NCBI GenBank assembly: GCA_965661285.1
Contig: CBFIDD010000006.1
Coordinates: forward strand, 32,001 to 96,000
Direction: 5' to 3'
Source: Poseidonia sp.
GTDB lineage: Archaea; Thermoplasmatota; Poseidoniia; Poseidoniales; Poseidoniaceae
Length of the DNA: 64,000 nt
Part shown: positions 55,637-64,000 of the stretch, piece by piece
How positions within the stretch are numbered: position 1 is the first letter of the stretch
Layout of the letters: each line of letters starts with the position of its first letter
The notes under the pieces: generated by a model
What the model was told of the DNA's origin: nothing
Seen by the model: the letters and a program-made list of their open reading frames with translations, nothing else
Database searches by the model: none
Translations under genes and position numbers: made by a program

Positions 55637-56584
55637 ATGTCGCGGTCCATCCCTACGATTGACTTTCGACTGGCCGTGTCCGACTCGCCAGCAGAACGAG
55701 CGATGTTTGTCGACCATGTTGGTGATGCGCTCAAAGACATTGGCTTCTTCGCCCTCACCCACCATGGGATTCCTCGTGAACTCATCGAGGAAACCTATGC
55801 ACGATGCGATGCGTTTTTCGGCCTTGACGAAGCCACCAAGTCCACCTATCTGCGGCCAGACATCGGCCACCAACGCGGCTACACCGCCTTTGGTGTAGAG
55901 CATGCAAAAGATAACCCTGCACCCGACCTCAAAGAGTTCTGGCAAACCGGACGACCTTATCCTGAAGACGGGACCGTGCCAACTTACCCTAAGAACATCT
56001 GGCCCACCGCACATGTGGAAGGGTTTCAGGCCACCACTGAAGCGCTGTTCACAAGCATGGAAACATTGGCCCAACACCTGTTGTCTGCGTGTTCACGCTA
56101 TCTCGGAAAACCAGAGGATTGGCTCTCCAACATGTCAAACGAAGGCAACACCATCATGCGCATGATCCACTACCCGCCACTGGGTGAAAACACGCCAGAG
56201 GGTGCCGTACGCTCCGCTGCACACGAAGATATCAATTTCATCACGTTGCTCGTAACCGCCACCGCTGATGGGCTGGAAGTGATGGACCATGACGGGACAT
56301 GGATCAAAGTCAAAGGCGACCAAGACGCCATCATCGTCGATTCGGGCGATATGCTCCAGAACTTAACCAACGGCTTGTTCAAATCAACCACGCACCGTGT
56401 GGTGAATCCAAAGGACAGCAACACGCGCCGGTATTCGATGCCCATGTTCGTTCATCCACGAAACGAAATTGACTTGACACCGCATCCGGATTTTGTCGCC
56501 ATGACCGGAGGTCTTCCAACCTACGCATCCATCAATGCCGGCGATTATCTCCATCAGCGCTTGAAGGAAATCGGATTGATTTGA
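55637..56584 (+). CDS. Isopenicillin-N-synthase-family 2OG-Fe(II) dioxygenase
   Basis: GFFALTHHGIP, QRGY, DLKE, HYPP, HED..TLL (HxD), GDMLQ..TNG..STTHRV (His), RYS (RxS). Confidence 0.92.
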   Translation: MSRSIPTIDFRLAVSDSPAERAMFVDHVGDALKDIGFFALTHHGIPRELIEETYARCDAFFGLDEATKSTYLRPDIGHQRGYTAFGVEHAKDNPAPDLKEFWQTGRPYPEDGTVPTYPKNIWPTAHVEGFQATTEALFTSMETLAQHLLSACSRYLGKPEDWLSNMSNEGNTIMRMIHYPPLGENTPEGAVRSAAHEDINFITLLVTATADGLEVMDHDGTWIKVKGDQDAIIVDSGDMLQNLTNGLFKSTTHRVVNPKDSNTRRYSMPMFVHPRNEIDLTPHPDFVAMTGGLPTYASINAGDYLHQRLKEIGLI

Positions 56585-56588
56585 GGCG

Positions 56589-57926
56589 TTGCAGGTGGAC
56601 TTTGAAGAACTCCTTGAAGCCGTGGAAAATGGCCGGTCTCAAAACAAAAGCGACTTGGAAGCGTTCGTCGCCATGGTGGCCGATGGAAGTGTGTCCAAAC
56701 CCGACGCCACACGATGGCTCAAAGCCGTTCACACGTACGGATGTACGGTCGAGGACACGGTTGTGTTGACCAACGCGATGATCGATTCTGGAGCCAGACT
56801 TCAGTGGTCGCCCGGTGCCCCGGTGGTGGATAAGCACAGCACGGGAGGTGTTGGCGACAAAATGTCGCTCATCCTCGCTCCTGCGCTGGCAGCAGCCGGA
56901 TGTCGCGTGCCCATGCTGGCAGGTCGCGGCCTTGGCCACACCGGCGGAACCATCGATAAACTCGAATCCATTCCTGGATTCAACTGTGCACTTTCGCCCA
57001 CAGAGATGGAGAGAGCCGTTGAAGAGGTGGGGTGCTGCATCGCCGTTCAGAACGAGGCGATCGCACCGGCAGACGGTGTGCTCTATGCCCTCCGTGATGT
57101 CACAGATACCATTGACAGCGTGCCGCTCATCACCGCATCCATCGTTTCAAAGAAAGCCGCCGAGGGTTTGGACGCCCTCGTTCTGGATGTAAAAACCGGT
57201 ACAGCGGCGTTCATGAAGACCCGCGAAGAGGCGAGAACGTTGGCCACGTCGATGGTCAGGACCGCCGAGGGACTCGGTGTCCGCACCGTCGCACAGATCA
57301 CGTCGATGGACGAGCCCATCGGAACCCACGTCGGTAACGCCTTGGAAGTCATTGGAAGCATCATGGTGCTCCAAGGCAAAGGCTCTCCCGATACACGGGA
57401 ACTCGTCGTCATGCAAGGCGCAGCCTTGCTTTCAATGACCATGAAGGATGTTGACCTCGATGAAGGGAGACGCCGAATCGAGGCCGTGCTCAACAACGGA
57501 AAAGCACTGGATGTGTTCCGAGACATGTGTGTCAAACAAGGCGTTGAGACGACCGTCGCTTCGATCTTGACTACGCATCCTGAAAAGGTTCTCAAAACCG
57601 CCCCGCATCAAACCGCTGTCCTCGCAAAGCAGGACGGTTTTGTATCGACGTACGACGCCATGAAGATGGCCACGCTCGCACGTAAACACGGTGCTGGTCG
57701 ATTTGTGCTTGAGGATGAAATCGACCCGCTGGTTGGCTTCGTCATTCAAGCCCCGAAAGGCACGGACGTGAAGAAAAACCAGCCACTATTCGCGTTCCAC
57801 CACACGAAGGAACTCACCGCTGAGGAGTTTCATGAGCTGAAATCGCTGGTCGAGGTTGATGAAAACAAACCGGACCTCCCGCATCGTTTGATGGAATTGA
57901 TTGACTCCACCTCAACGAAGGCGTGA
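56589..57926 (+). CDS. deoA: Thymidine/pyrimidine-nucleoside phosphorylase
   Basis: DKHSTGGVGDK, GRGLGHTGGTIDKLESIPG, YALRDVT, SIVSKK, DVKTG, VGNALEV. TTG start. Confidence 0.93.
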   Translation: MQVDFEELLEAVENGRSQNKSDLEAFVAMVADGSVSKPDATRWLKAVHTYGCTVEDTVVLTNAMIDSGARLQWSPGAPVVDKHSTGGVGDKMSLILAPALAAAGCRVPMLAGRGLGHTGGTIDKLESIPGFNCALSPTEMERAVEEVGCCIAVQNEAIAPADGVLYALRDVTDTIDSVPLITASIVSKKAAEGLDALVLDVKTGTAAFMKTREEARTLATSMVRTAEGLGVRTVAQITSMDEPIGTHVGNALEVIGSIMVLQGKGSPDTRELVVMQGAALLSMTMKDVDLDEGRRRIEAVLNNGKALDVFRDMCVKQGVETTVASILTTHPEKVLKTAPHQTAVLAKQDGFVSTYDAMKMATLARKHGAGRFVLEDEIDPLVGFVIQAPKGTDVKKNQPLFAFHHTKELTAEEFHELKSLVEVDENKPDLPHRLMELIDSTSTKA

Positions 57927-57952
57927 TAAAGGGGATGCTTGTCGCCCACCTT

Positions 57953-58028
57953 GCCGATTTAGCTTAGCTGGTGGAGCGTGGGACTGTTAATCCCAAGGTC
58001 GTGGGTTCGAGCCCCACAATCGGCGCCA
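57953..58028 (+). tRNA. tRNA-Asn(GTT) with encoded CCA
   Basis: GCCGATT/AATCGGC acceptor stem, TGGGA-CTGTTAA-TCCCA anticodon arm, GGTTCGA T-loop, discriminator G, then CCA. Confidence 0.95.
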
Positions 58029-58172
58029 ATCTCCCTTCATGCCCCGTTTTCATCGATTGAACGCCTTGGGTTCGAGGTTTCCAATTCACACGACGCCGTG
58101 GACAAGAGGGCGTTGTTTAACCAATCCCGAGAAATGTTGATGAGGAATGATGTTCAACGCCCATCCGAAAGC

Positions 58173-59132
58173 ATGGCTGGCCGTTGTCGTACCCACTTCG
58201 CTGTGGTCCTGATGGTGCTGATGATGTCACTGGGAAGCGGTTGTCTCGGTGAGGCTCCTTCTGCATCAACGGCCGCAGATGCTGAGTCGCTTGAGGCGCT
58301 GGCCAACCCGTGCACCCTACCGTCCGACGAACAGACCCAAGTCATGACCACCATCACGGTCAACGGGGTTGAGCGTTTTTTCCGCCTCACTGTTCCACCT
58401 TCGGATGAAGGGACGAAACTTCCCATCGTTTTGGCTTTCCACGGCGGAGGTGATGCAGAAGAGGACTTCCCACAACAAAACGAGTTTGACCAACTGGCCT
58501 ATCAAGAGCAATTCATCATGGCCTATGCCATCGCAGAAGGGGATCGAACGCCAGCCGAAGGCGATTGGTTTCTGAACACTGCAGCGACCTCTCGAGACGA
58601 CAACGATTTCGCCCAGTCCGTGGTCACAGAACTTTCGTCTGCGTATTGCATCGATCACGAGCGCATTTACGCCATCGGATATTCCCTTGGTTCCATGTTC
58701 ACCTACGAGGTCGCCTGCCAGCTGAATCATCAATTCGCTGCGGTGGCATCGTTCGCTGGAACCATGCCTGTTGAACCCGAGAGTTGTGATCTCAGCGGCA
58801 ACATCGCTGTCCTCCATGTCCATGGAAAACTCGACTACATCATCGATTACGACGACGATTGGGATTGGAAAGATGGTGAACATGAAGGGGTAGGAACGAT
58901 GAGCAACATACCCGGCATGATTGACGCTTGGGCCGACAGGGCAAATTGCGGCAGCGATGACGTTGCTTCGGATTTCTTTTTGGAACACATCACCCACTCG
59001 GCTTGTCAGGGTGATACACGTATTGAGCACTACGGACTGGAATACCATGAGCATACATGGCCTGATGAGGTCGACGGAACACCGACATACGAATTGATGT
59101 GGGAATTCCTCAGCGACTTCACCAACGCTTGA
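58173..59132 (+). CDS. Lipoprotein alpha/beta-hydrolase (PHB-depolymerase/LpqC-like esterase)
   Basis: Lipobox GSGC, AFHGGG, GYSLG nucleophile elbow, HGKLD, HTWP. The ORF-track start at 57978 falls inside the tRNA. Confidence 0.85.
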   Translation: MAGRCRTHFAVVLMVLMMSLGSGCLGEAPSASTAADAESLEALANPCTLPSDEQTQVMTTITVNGVERFFRLTVPPSDEGTKLPIVLAFHGGGDAEEDFPQQNEFDQLAYQEQFIMAYAIAEGDRTPAEGDWFLNTAATSRDDNDFAQSVVTELSSAYCIDHERIYAIGYSLGSMFTYEVACQLNHQFAAVASFAGTMPVEPESCDLSGNIAVLHVHGKLDYIIDYDDDWDWKDGEHEGVGTMSNIPGMIDAWADRANCGSDDVASDFFLEHITHSACQGDTRIEHYGLEYHEHTWPDEVDGTPTYELMWEFLSDFTNA

Positions 59133-59146
59133 AAGAGCGAATCGGC

Positions 59147-60523
59147 TCAATCACGTGCGGCCATTTCAAGCGTCCGAAACGGTGCTTCTTCGGAGGGGTA
59201 CACACCCCAGTAGGCTTCTCGAGCCTCTTGATTCGCCTGCATGCACAGCACCACATCACCGGGTCGGTCCGGCATGGTTTGGGTGCCGTTCAGGTGCTCG
59301 ATCATCGGCTGGATGTTGGACATGTTCACCACGCCCCAACCGACTTGTGTGCACGGTGCAACGGGAGAAATTGGCATGGTGCCTGCGCTTGGGTCCCAGG
59401 TGGAGAAGGAAGGATACCATGCGGACAAGTTCAATGCATTTCGTACCACGGCATTCGTGATGGCCGCCTCTGCTCCAGCATTGGGATGACCCACCGGCCA
59501 AACACCGTTCACGAGCGAACCGTTGCGGCCTTCTGCTGATGCCCCCGAACCCATGTCGCCCACCTCTTCACGTAGATGTTCGAGCACAAAGGAGAGAATA
59601 CCGGCCGTTCGAGGCGTTGCAAAGGATGTCCCGGAGGTTTCGTGGTACCCGTCAACATCGTCGTGATTTGGCAACACTTGCGTCCAATCAGCAGCGATAT
59701 CGGGGTAGGACCCGCTCATGGTCTCTTTCTGGTCATCGCCCTCTTCTGCGTAGCCTGCGATGCCAATGGACCACGGAGGACCTGCCGTGGCGTCTTGAAC
59801 AGCGGGTGATGGCGTATTATCGGCTGCACCGGTGTGAATCTTGTTGTTCACCACCACCGTTTGGTGTGTCCCTGTTTCGATACCGGGAACCGGAAGCGAA
59901 CCAATGGCGCCAAAGGAAGTGGTCACGATGTCGACGAGCGGTTGGTTGCCGGCTGCAAGCACCGCTTCGGTGGAAAAACCCTCCACGAAGAAAATCACGG
60001 CGTCGGGGTTGGCGTCCAACACCGCACCGGTGACGGCCGTGCCGTGCCCGTCAGAGGGGTCGTCAAGAATATGGATGTCGGTGCCACCGTCGGGTGAAGT
60101 TCCGATGATTTTCGTGCCCTCAAAATATACAATGTCCGAGGTGGTGATGGTGTCCCAGCACGACGCTCTGTCAGCCTCGTAGCGTTCCTGCCATGTGCCC
60201 TCGAAGGTCGGGGTACAGGTCTTGGTCACACCAAGACCGTCGAGCAACCATTCGGGGTAGATCTCGTTGGTTCGGAAATGATCGTGATAGACGTTGATGC
60301 CCGTATCAATGGGGGCGACAACGGAATACGGACGCCAATCATCTCCAGAAGGCTGAACGGCATTGACCAGGTTGGTGGTGGTGTCGGAGGAACCCAACAT
60401 GGAGAAACCTACGAAAAGACTCGCAACGAGTAAGGTCGAGAGGAGAACCGCAAGCGGGCCTCTCCGGGTATCACCAGCGAGTGTTGACTCATCAAGGAGG
60501 CCCGAATCCACCTTCTCATCCAT
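59147..60523 (-). CDS. Membrane-anchored S8 serine peptidase (divergent)
   Basis: IDTGIN (Asp), GHGT (His), AADN (Asn), SGTSFATP (Ser), N-terminal TM. Confidence 0.85.
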   Translation of the reverse strand: MDEKVDSGLLDESTLAGDTRRGPLAVLLSTLLVASLFVGFSMLGSSDTTTNLVNAVQPSGDDWRPYSVVAPIDTGINVYHDHFRTNEIYPEWLLDGLGVTKTCTPTFEGTWQERYEADRASCWDTITTSDIVYFEGTKIIGTSPDGGTDIHILDDPSDGHGTAVTGAVLDANPDAVIFFVEGFSTEAVLAAGNQPLVDIVTTSFGAIGSLPVPGIETGTHQTVVVNNKIHTGAADNTPSPAVQDATAGPPWSIGIAGYAEEGDDQKETMSGSYPDIAADWTQVLPNHDDVDGYHETSGTSFATPRTAGILSFVLEHLREEVGDMGSGASAEGRNGSLVNGVWPVGHPNAGAEAAITNAVVRNALNLSAWYPSFSTWDPSAGTMPISPVAPCTQVGWGVVNMSNIQPMIEHLNGTQTMPDRPGDVVLCMQANQEAREAYWGVYPSEEAPFRTLEMAARD

Positions 60524-60570
60524 GGTTTTGCCTCGCCGTCATACACATCAAGGTATGCCTAAAATGGACA

Positions 60571-61527
60571 TCATTCCCATTCGATGGTACCCGGTGGCTT
60601 GTGCGTGATGTCGTAAACGACACGATTCACGGCACCCTTCACCGTGTTGGTGATACGGGTGCTGATCTTTTGCAAAATCTTGTGAGGGATTTCTGAGTAT
60701 CGGGCAGACATGCCGTCCATTGACTGAACAGCGCGAACGACGATGGTTTCCCCATACGCTCGCACGTCACCGTGAACGCCAACACTGCGCACGGGCAAGA
60801 GGGCTGCAAAGTACTGCCATGGAATGTCCATTTCGCCTCGTTCGGCAGCGGCTTCAAATTCCTCTTCCACGATGGCACACGCCTCTCGCACGACCGCAAC
60901 GCGCTCGGGTGTCAATTCACCGAGGGTACGAACGGCCAAACCGGGTCCAGGGAAGGGTTGACGCTCGGCGACATTGATGTCAAGGTTGCGAGCCAATTCG
61001 CGAACCTCATCCTTGTAGAGTTCACGCAGCGGCTCAACCACTTCCAGGGTCATGTCTTCCGGTAGACCACCGACGTTGTGGTGCGACTTGATGGTGTCTC
61101 GCACGCCACCTCCCGATTCAATCCAATCGGGGGCGATGGTCCCTTGTACGAGGTATTTGGCTCCGCATTTTTTCTGCTCGTCTTCAAAGATTCGAATGAA
61201 CAATTCACCGATGACCTTTCGCTTCTGTTCAGGTTCGGTGACGCCCTTGAGCGCTTCGAAATACCGGTCTGCGGCTTTGACCGTGATGAGATTGATCCCC
61301 TGTGCTTCGAGGAGAGCTTCAATTTGCTCGGTCTCGTTCTTTCGCATGAACCCTGTATCGACATAGACACAGTGGAGAAGATCGCCGACGGCTTTGTTCG
61401 CGATGACGGCCGCTACGGTCGAATCCACACCGCCAGAACACGCGATAATGGCCACGTCGTCAATGGTCGCCTTGAGGGATTCAATGCTCTCAGCAATGAA
61501 TTCCTCGGCGTCAAACATCTCAGGCAC
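60571..61527 (-). CDS. guaAB: GMP synthase subunit B (ATP pyrophosphatase)
   Basis: SGGVDS, VDTGFMRKNE, QGTIAPDWIES, IKSHHNVGGLP, LYKDEVR, PFPGPGL, YDITHKPPGTIEWE. No GATase domain. Confidence 0.96.
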   Translation of the reverse strand: MPEMFDAEEFIAESIESLKATIDDVAIIACSGGVDSTVAAVIANKAVGDLLHCVYVDTGFMRKNETEQIEALLEAQGINLITVKAADRYFEALKGVTEPEQKRKVIGELFIRIFEDEQKKCGAKYLVQGTIAPDWIESGGGVRDTIKSHHNVGGLPEDMTLEVVEPLRELYKDEVRELARNLDINVAERQPFPGPGLAVRTLGELTPERVAVVREACAIVEEEFEAAAERGEMDIPWQYFAALLPVRSVGVHGDVRAYGETIVVRAVQSMDGMSARYSEIPHKILQKISTRITNTVKGAVNRVVYDITHKPPGTIEWE

Positions 61528-61999
61528 CGCCGTTAACTTCCTTGTCTTGGGCCTTCACTCGGTCGATTTGGTCAAGTTTGTTCTGCTCAAGCGCAGCGGA
61601 ATACTTGGGGTTGGAAAGCGCCAACATTTGGACGGCGAGATAGCCGGCGTTGTCGCCACGGTCAACGCCGACGGTTGCTGCAGGAACACCGGGTGGAAGT
61701 TGAGCGATGGAGAGGAGAGAATCGTAGGGGACACGACCGCCACAAGGCACGCCGATCACGGGCTTTGTGGTCAGTGCAGCGACGGCGCCGGGGAGGGCTG
61801 CTGCAAGGCCGGCCATGGCGATGAACACCGAACAGCCGTCGTCAATGGCGTCACCGACGATTTGCTCGACGAACTTTGGCGAGCGGTGGGCTGAGGCGAC
61901 CCGAAGTTGGTAAGGAACATCGAAGTGTTCCAAAATTTTCGTGCACTTTTGGGCGATTGGGAGGTCTGAGGAAGACCCGAGCAATATGGTTACATCCAT
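61520..61999 (-). CDS. purE: AIR carboxylase / N5-CAIR mutase
   Basis: GSSSD, VASAHRSP, AGLAAALPG, PVIGVP, SLLSIAQLPPGVPAATV, NAG. Confidence 0.96.
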   Translation of the reverse strand: MDVTILLGSSSDLPIAQKCTKILEHFDVPYQLRVASAHRSPKFVEQIVGDAIDDGCSVFIAMAGLAAALPGAVAALTTKPVIGVPCGGRVPYDSLLSIAQLPPGVPAATVGVDRGDNAGYLAVQMLALSNPKYSAALEQNKLDQIDRVKAQDKEVNGGA

Positions 62000-62061
62000 G
62001 ACGATTTCCCAGCGCGGGTGGTTCTTTATGATGACTGATTCAACCGATGAGTGAGGTCATC

Positions 62062-62730
62062 TCATTCTTCGGCGGATGCGATGGATGAATCATCTCGCAG
62101 GACCTCAAAATCAAGGCCCCACGCCGTGTAGGCTGGGAGCGCCGATTCGGGAACTAGGGGTTCGAGACAAAGAAAGGTTGCATCGCCGTCCACGGCACCG
62201 TACATCGTACACAGGCCGCCTTGAGGAAAGCGATAGATCCCCATTCGGCCGTTTGTCCATCGTCCGTATTGCACACCCCAGTTTTTCATCGCGCCCTGTG
62301 GAAGCGGTGTTTTCACCGACCAGGGTGTCCGCAAGGCGGGCGCGTTACAGGAGGCGAGGTGGTTCAAACTCACGTACATGTTGGCCACGGCACCGAACAC
62401 CAAGCCGTAGGAAACCCACCACCACGCGTCCAATTCCAGCCCCCAAACTACACCGATGCTCACGGCTGCCGAAACAAGGGTCGCCACCGTCAATTGCATT
62501 CGCGGTTCTTGAAGGGATGAGCGACGTTGCCCAGCACCGGAGGCAAAGGCCAAGATGAGCATCAAGAGGGCCACGGCGGCCAAGGTCAAACGGTGCTGTG
62601 CATACCGCGAGAAGATGGCCATCAACACCATGAACCCGACCGGTAACAGCGCCCAGGAAAAGGCGAGCAAGGTGATGGCAAAATCCTGCTCCACCTCGGT
62701 TGCACGCCAACCGTCCGGTACGTCATCCAC
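62062..62730 (-). CDS. Hypothetical membrane protein (4 TM)
   Basis: Four hydrophobic helices. GTG 62730 avoids overlap with gcvPB. The start is uncertain. Confidence 0.65.
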   Translation of the reverse strand: MDDVPDGWRATEVEQDFAITLLAFSWALLPVGFMVLMAIFSRYAQHRLTLAAVALLMLILAFASGAGQRRSSLQEPRMQLTVATLVSAAVSIGVVWGLELDAWWWVSYGLVFGAVANMYVSLNHLASCNAPALRTPWSVKTPLPQGAMKNWGVQYGRWTNGRMGIYRFPQGGLCTMYGAVDGDATFLCLEPLVPESALPAYTAWGLDFEVLRDDSSIASAEE

Positions 62731-62770
62731 GACGCTTGGTCGGGGATGCGTGGAATAATTCTTCCTCAAT

Positions 62771-64000
62771 TCACGCTTCATCATAGGGATGACGCAGGCA
62801 GAGATTTCGCGCAGCGTACACCTCGTCAACCCGACGAACCGGCGTGGTGATGGGAGCTTCATGGAGCGCCTCTGGGTCGGTCTTCAAGACTTCAGCAAAT
62901 TGTTGGGCAAACGTGTCGAGGGTGTCCTTCGACTCGGTTTCGGTCGGCTCGATCATCATGCACTCGGGGACGACCAGTGGGAAGTAGACGGTGGGCGCCA
63001 TGTACCCTCGGTCGAGCAGACCTTTGGCGACGTCCATAGCGGAAATGCCCAGCGCTTCCTTCGCAGGTTGCATCGAGAGGGTAAACTCGTGCTTGGCCAC
63101 CTCGGTCTCAGCACCGTCCTCAAAGAGATGGTCGACACCGGCTTCCTTGGCTGCGCGGTGAATCGCATGGCGAAGATAGTTGGCGTTGAGGACGGCGTGC
63201 TCGGACATGGTCTTCAGTCCTGAACCGTAGCGTCGATAGTACGCCCAGCAGCGAATGACAGCACCAGCGTTGCCGTGCCATTGTTGCACCTTGCCGATGC
63301 TGTGTTCGGGTTGCTCCCAATGGTACCAGTGTTCGTCCACCGTGGAAGGGAGTTCGTCGGCCGTTGGCGCTCGCCGGGCTGCGAGTGGACCTGGCAAGAA
63401 GGGAGCCAGGTGAGCTTTCACGCCAATGGGACCCGAGCCGGGACCGCCACCGCCGTGAGGTTGTGAGAAGGTTTTGTGCAGGTTGAAGTGAACCGCATCG
63501 AAGCCCATCAAACCCGGAGACGTGATCCCAAGGATGGCGTTGAAGTTCGCGCCGTCGTAGTACATTTGACCGCCAGCCTTGTGAACAATTTCGCTGGCAG
63601 CCTTGATGTCGGCTTCGAACAATCCGAGGGTGTTGGGGTTTGTGATCATCATCGCAGCCGTGGTTTCATCGGCCACGGCAGCGAGGGCGTCCAAATCCAT
63701 TCGACCGTCCTCGAGGCTCGGAATTTCAACGATTTCAAAACCCGACATGGCGGCGCTGGCAGGGTTGGTGCCGTGAGCCGAGTCCGGCACGATGACCTTG
63801 GTTCGCTTGTCATCGCCACGCAGGCGGAAATACTCCTGAATGCAACGCACAGCCGTAAATTCACCCTGCGCACCGGCAACGGGTTGGAGGGTGACCTGGT
63901 CCATGCCAGCGCAGACCTCCAACATGTGTTGCATTTCGTAGAAGATGGACAGCAAGCCTTGGAGATGATGCTCGGGCTGATGGGGATGGATGTCGGCAAT
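62771..64000 (-). CDS. gcvPB: Glycine dehydrogenase (decarboxylating) subunit 2, 5' end outside the window
   Basis: LQPVAGAQGE, PDSAHGTNPASA, TNPNTLGLFE, YYDGANFNA, HFNLHKTFSQPHGGGGPG (PLP Lys), MIEPTETES. Confidence 0.96.
   Translation of the reverse strand: MADIHPHQPEHHLQGLLSIFYEMQHMLEVCAGMDQVTLQPVAGAQGEFTAVRCIQEYFRLRGDDKRTKVIVPDSAHGTNPASAAMSGFEIVEIPSLEDGRMDLDALAAVADETTAAMMITNPNTLGLFEADIKAASEIVHKAGGQMYYDGANFNAILGITSPGLMGFDAVHFNLHKTFSQPHGGGGPGSGPIGVKAHLAPFLPGPLAARRAPTADELPSTVDEHWYHWEQPEHSIGKVQQWHGNAGAVIRCWAYYRRYGSGLKTMSEHAVLNANYLRHAIHRAAKEAGVDHLFEDGAETEVAKHEFTLSMQPAKEALGISAMDVAKGLLDRGYMAPTVYFPLVVPECMMIEPTETESKDTLDTFAQQFAEVLKTDPEALHEAPITTPVRRVDEVYAARNLCLRHPYDEA

Noticed and set aside
45160-58028. 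Region between two tRNAs as an integrated mobile island
   Set aside because: No integrase, att-like repeats or evident compositional shift. Both tRNAs point outward, so their 3' ends do not face the region.
57978-58172. ORF-track N-terminus of the esterase
   Set aside because: It overlaps tRNA-Asn. The signal peptide and lipobox begin near ATG 58173.

Overview
Gene-dense archaeal chromosome segment, most consistent with Marine Group II (Ca. Poseidoniales, Thermoplasmatota). Support for this: an archaeal AglB, a split GMP synthase subunit B, a GGGCCC-type tRNA(CAT), GGTGA/GAGG ribosome-binding motifs, a stand-alone TctA and many giant acidic surface proteins. About 34 CDS and 2 tRNAs are supported. 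I saw no CRISPR array, rRNA, integrase or transposase. There are four main blocks. (1) 3.9-21.2 kb is a cell-surface block: a ~1,900-aa DxDGDG-repeat protein, a ~1,800-aa membrane-anchored protein, a zincin lipoprotein and, divergently, an MBL hydrolase followed by three coupled pilin-like genes. (2) 21.2-39.2 kb is a co-oriented run of a 3,180-aa AglB, an S8 protease, a beta-helix surface protein and a wHTH-STAND-TPR protein. (3) 45.2-58.0 kb lies between two tRNAs: an HD phosphohydrolase divergent from a multi-OB-fold membrane protein, TctA, a six-lamin-tail-domain PLD enzyme, a BI-1 protein, a 2OG-Fe(II) dioxygenase and thymidine phosphorylase. This is my best candidate for an undescribed system, possibly extracellular nucleic-acid or phosphodiester scavenging. 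(4) Purine and glycine-cleavage genes (purD, purE, guaAB, gcvPB). All calls come from motif recognition by eye and no database searches were run. Several start codons were moved from the ORF track to more plausible positions.
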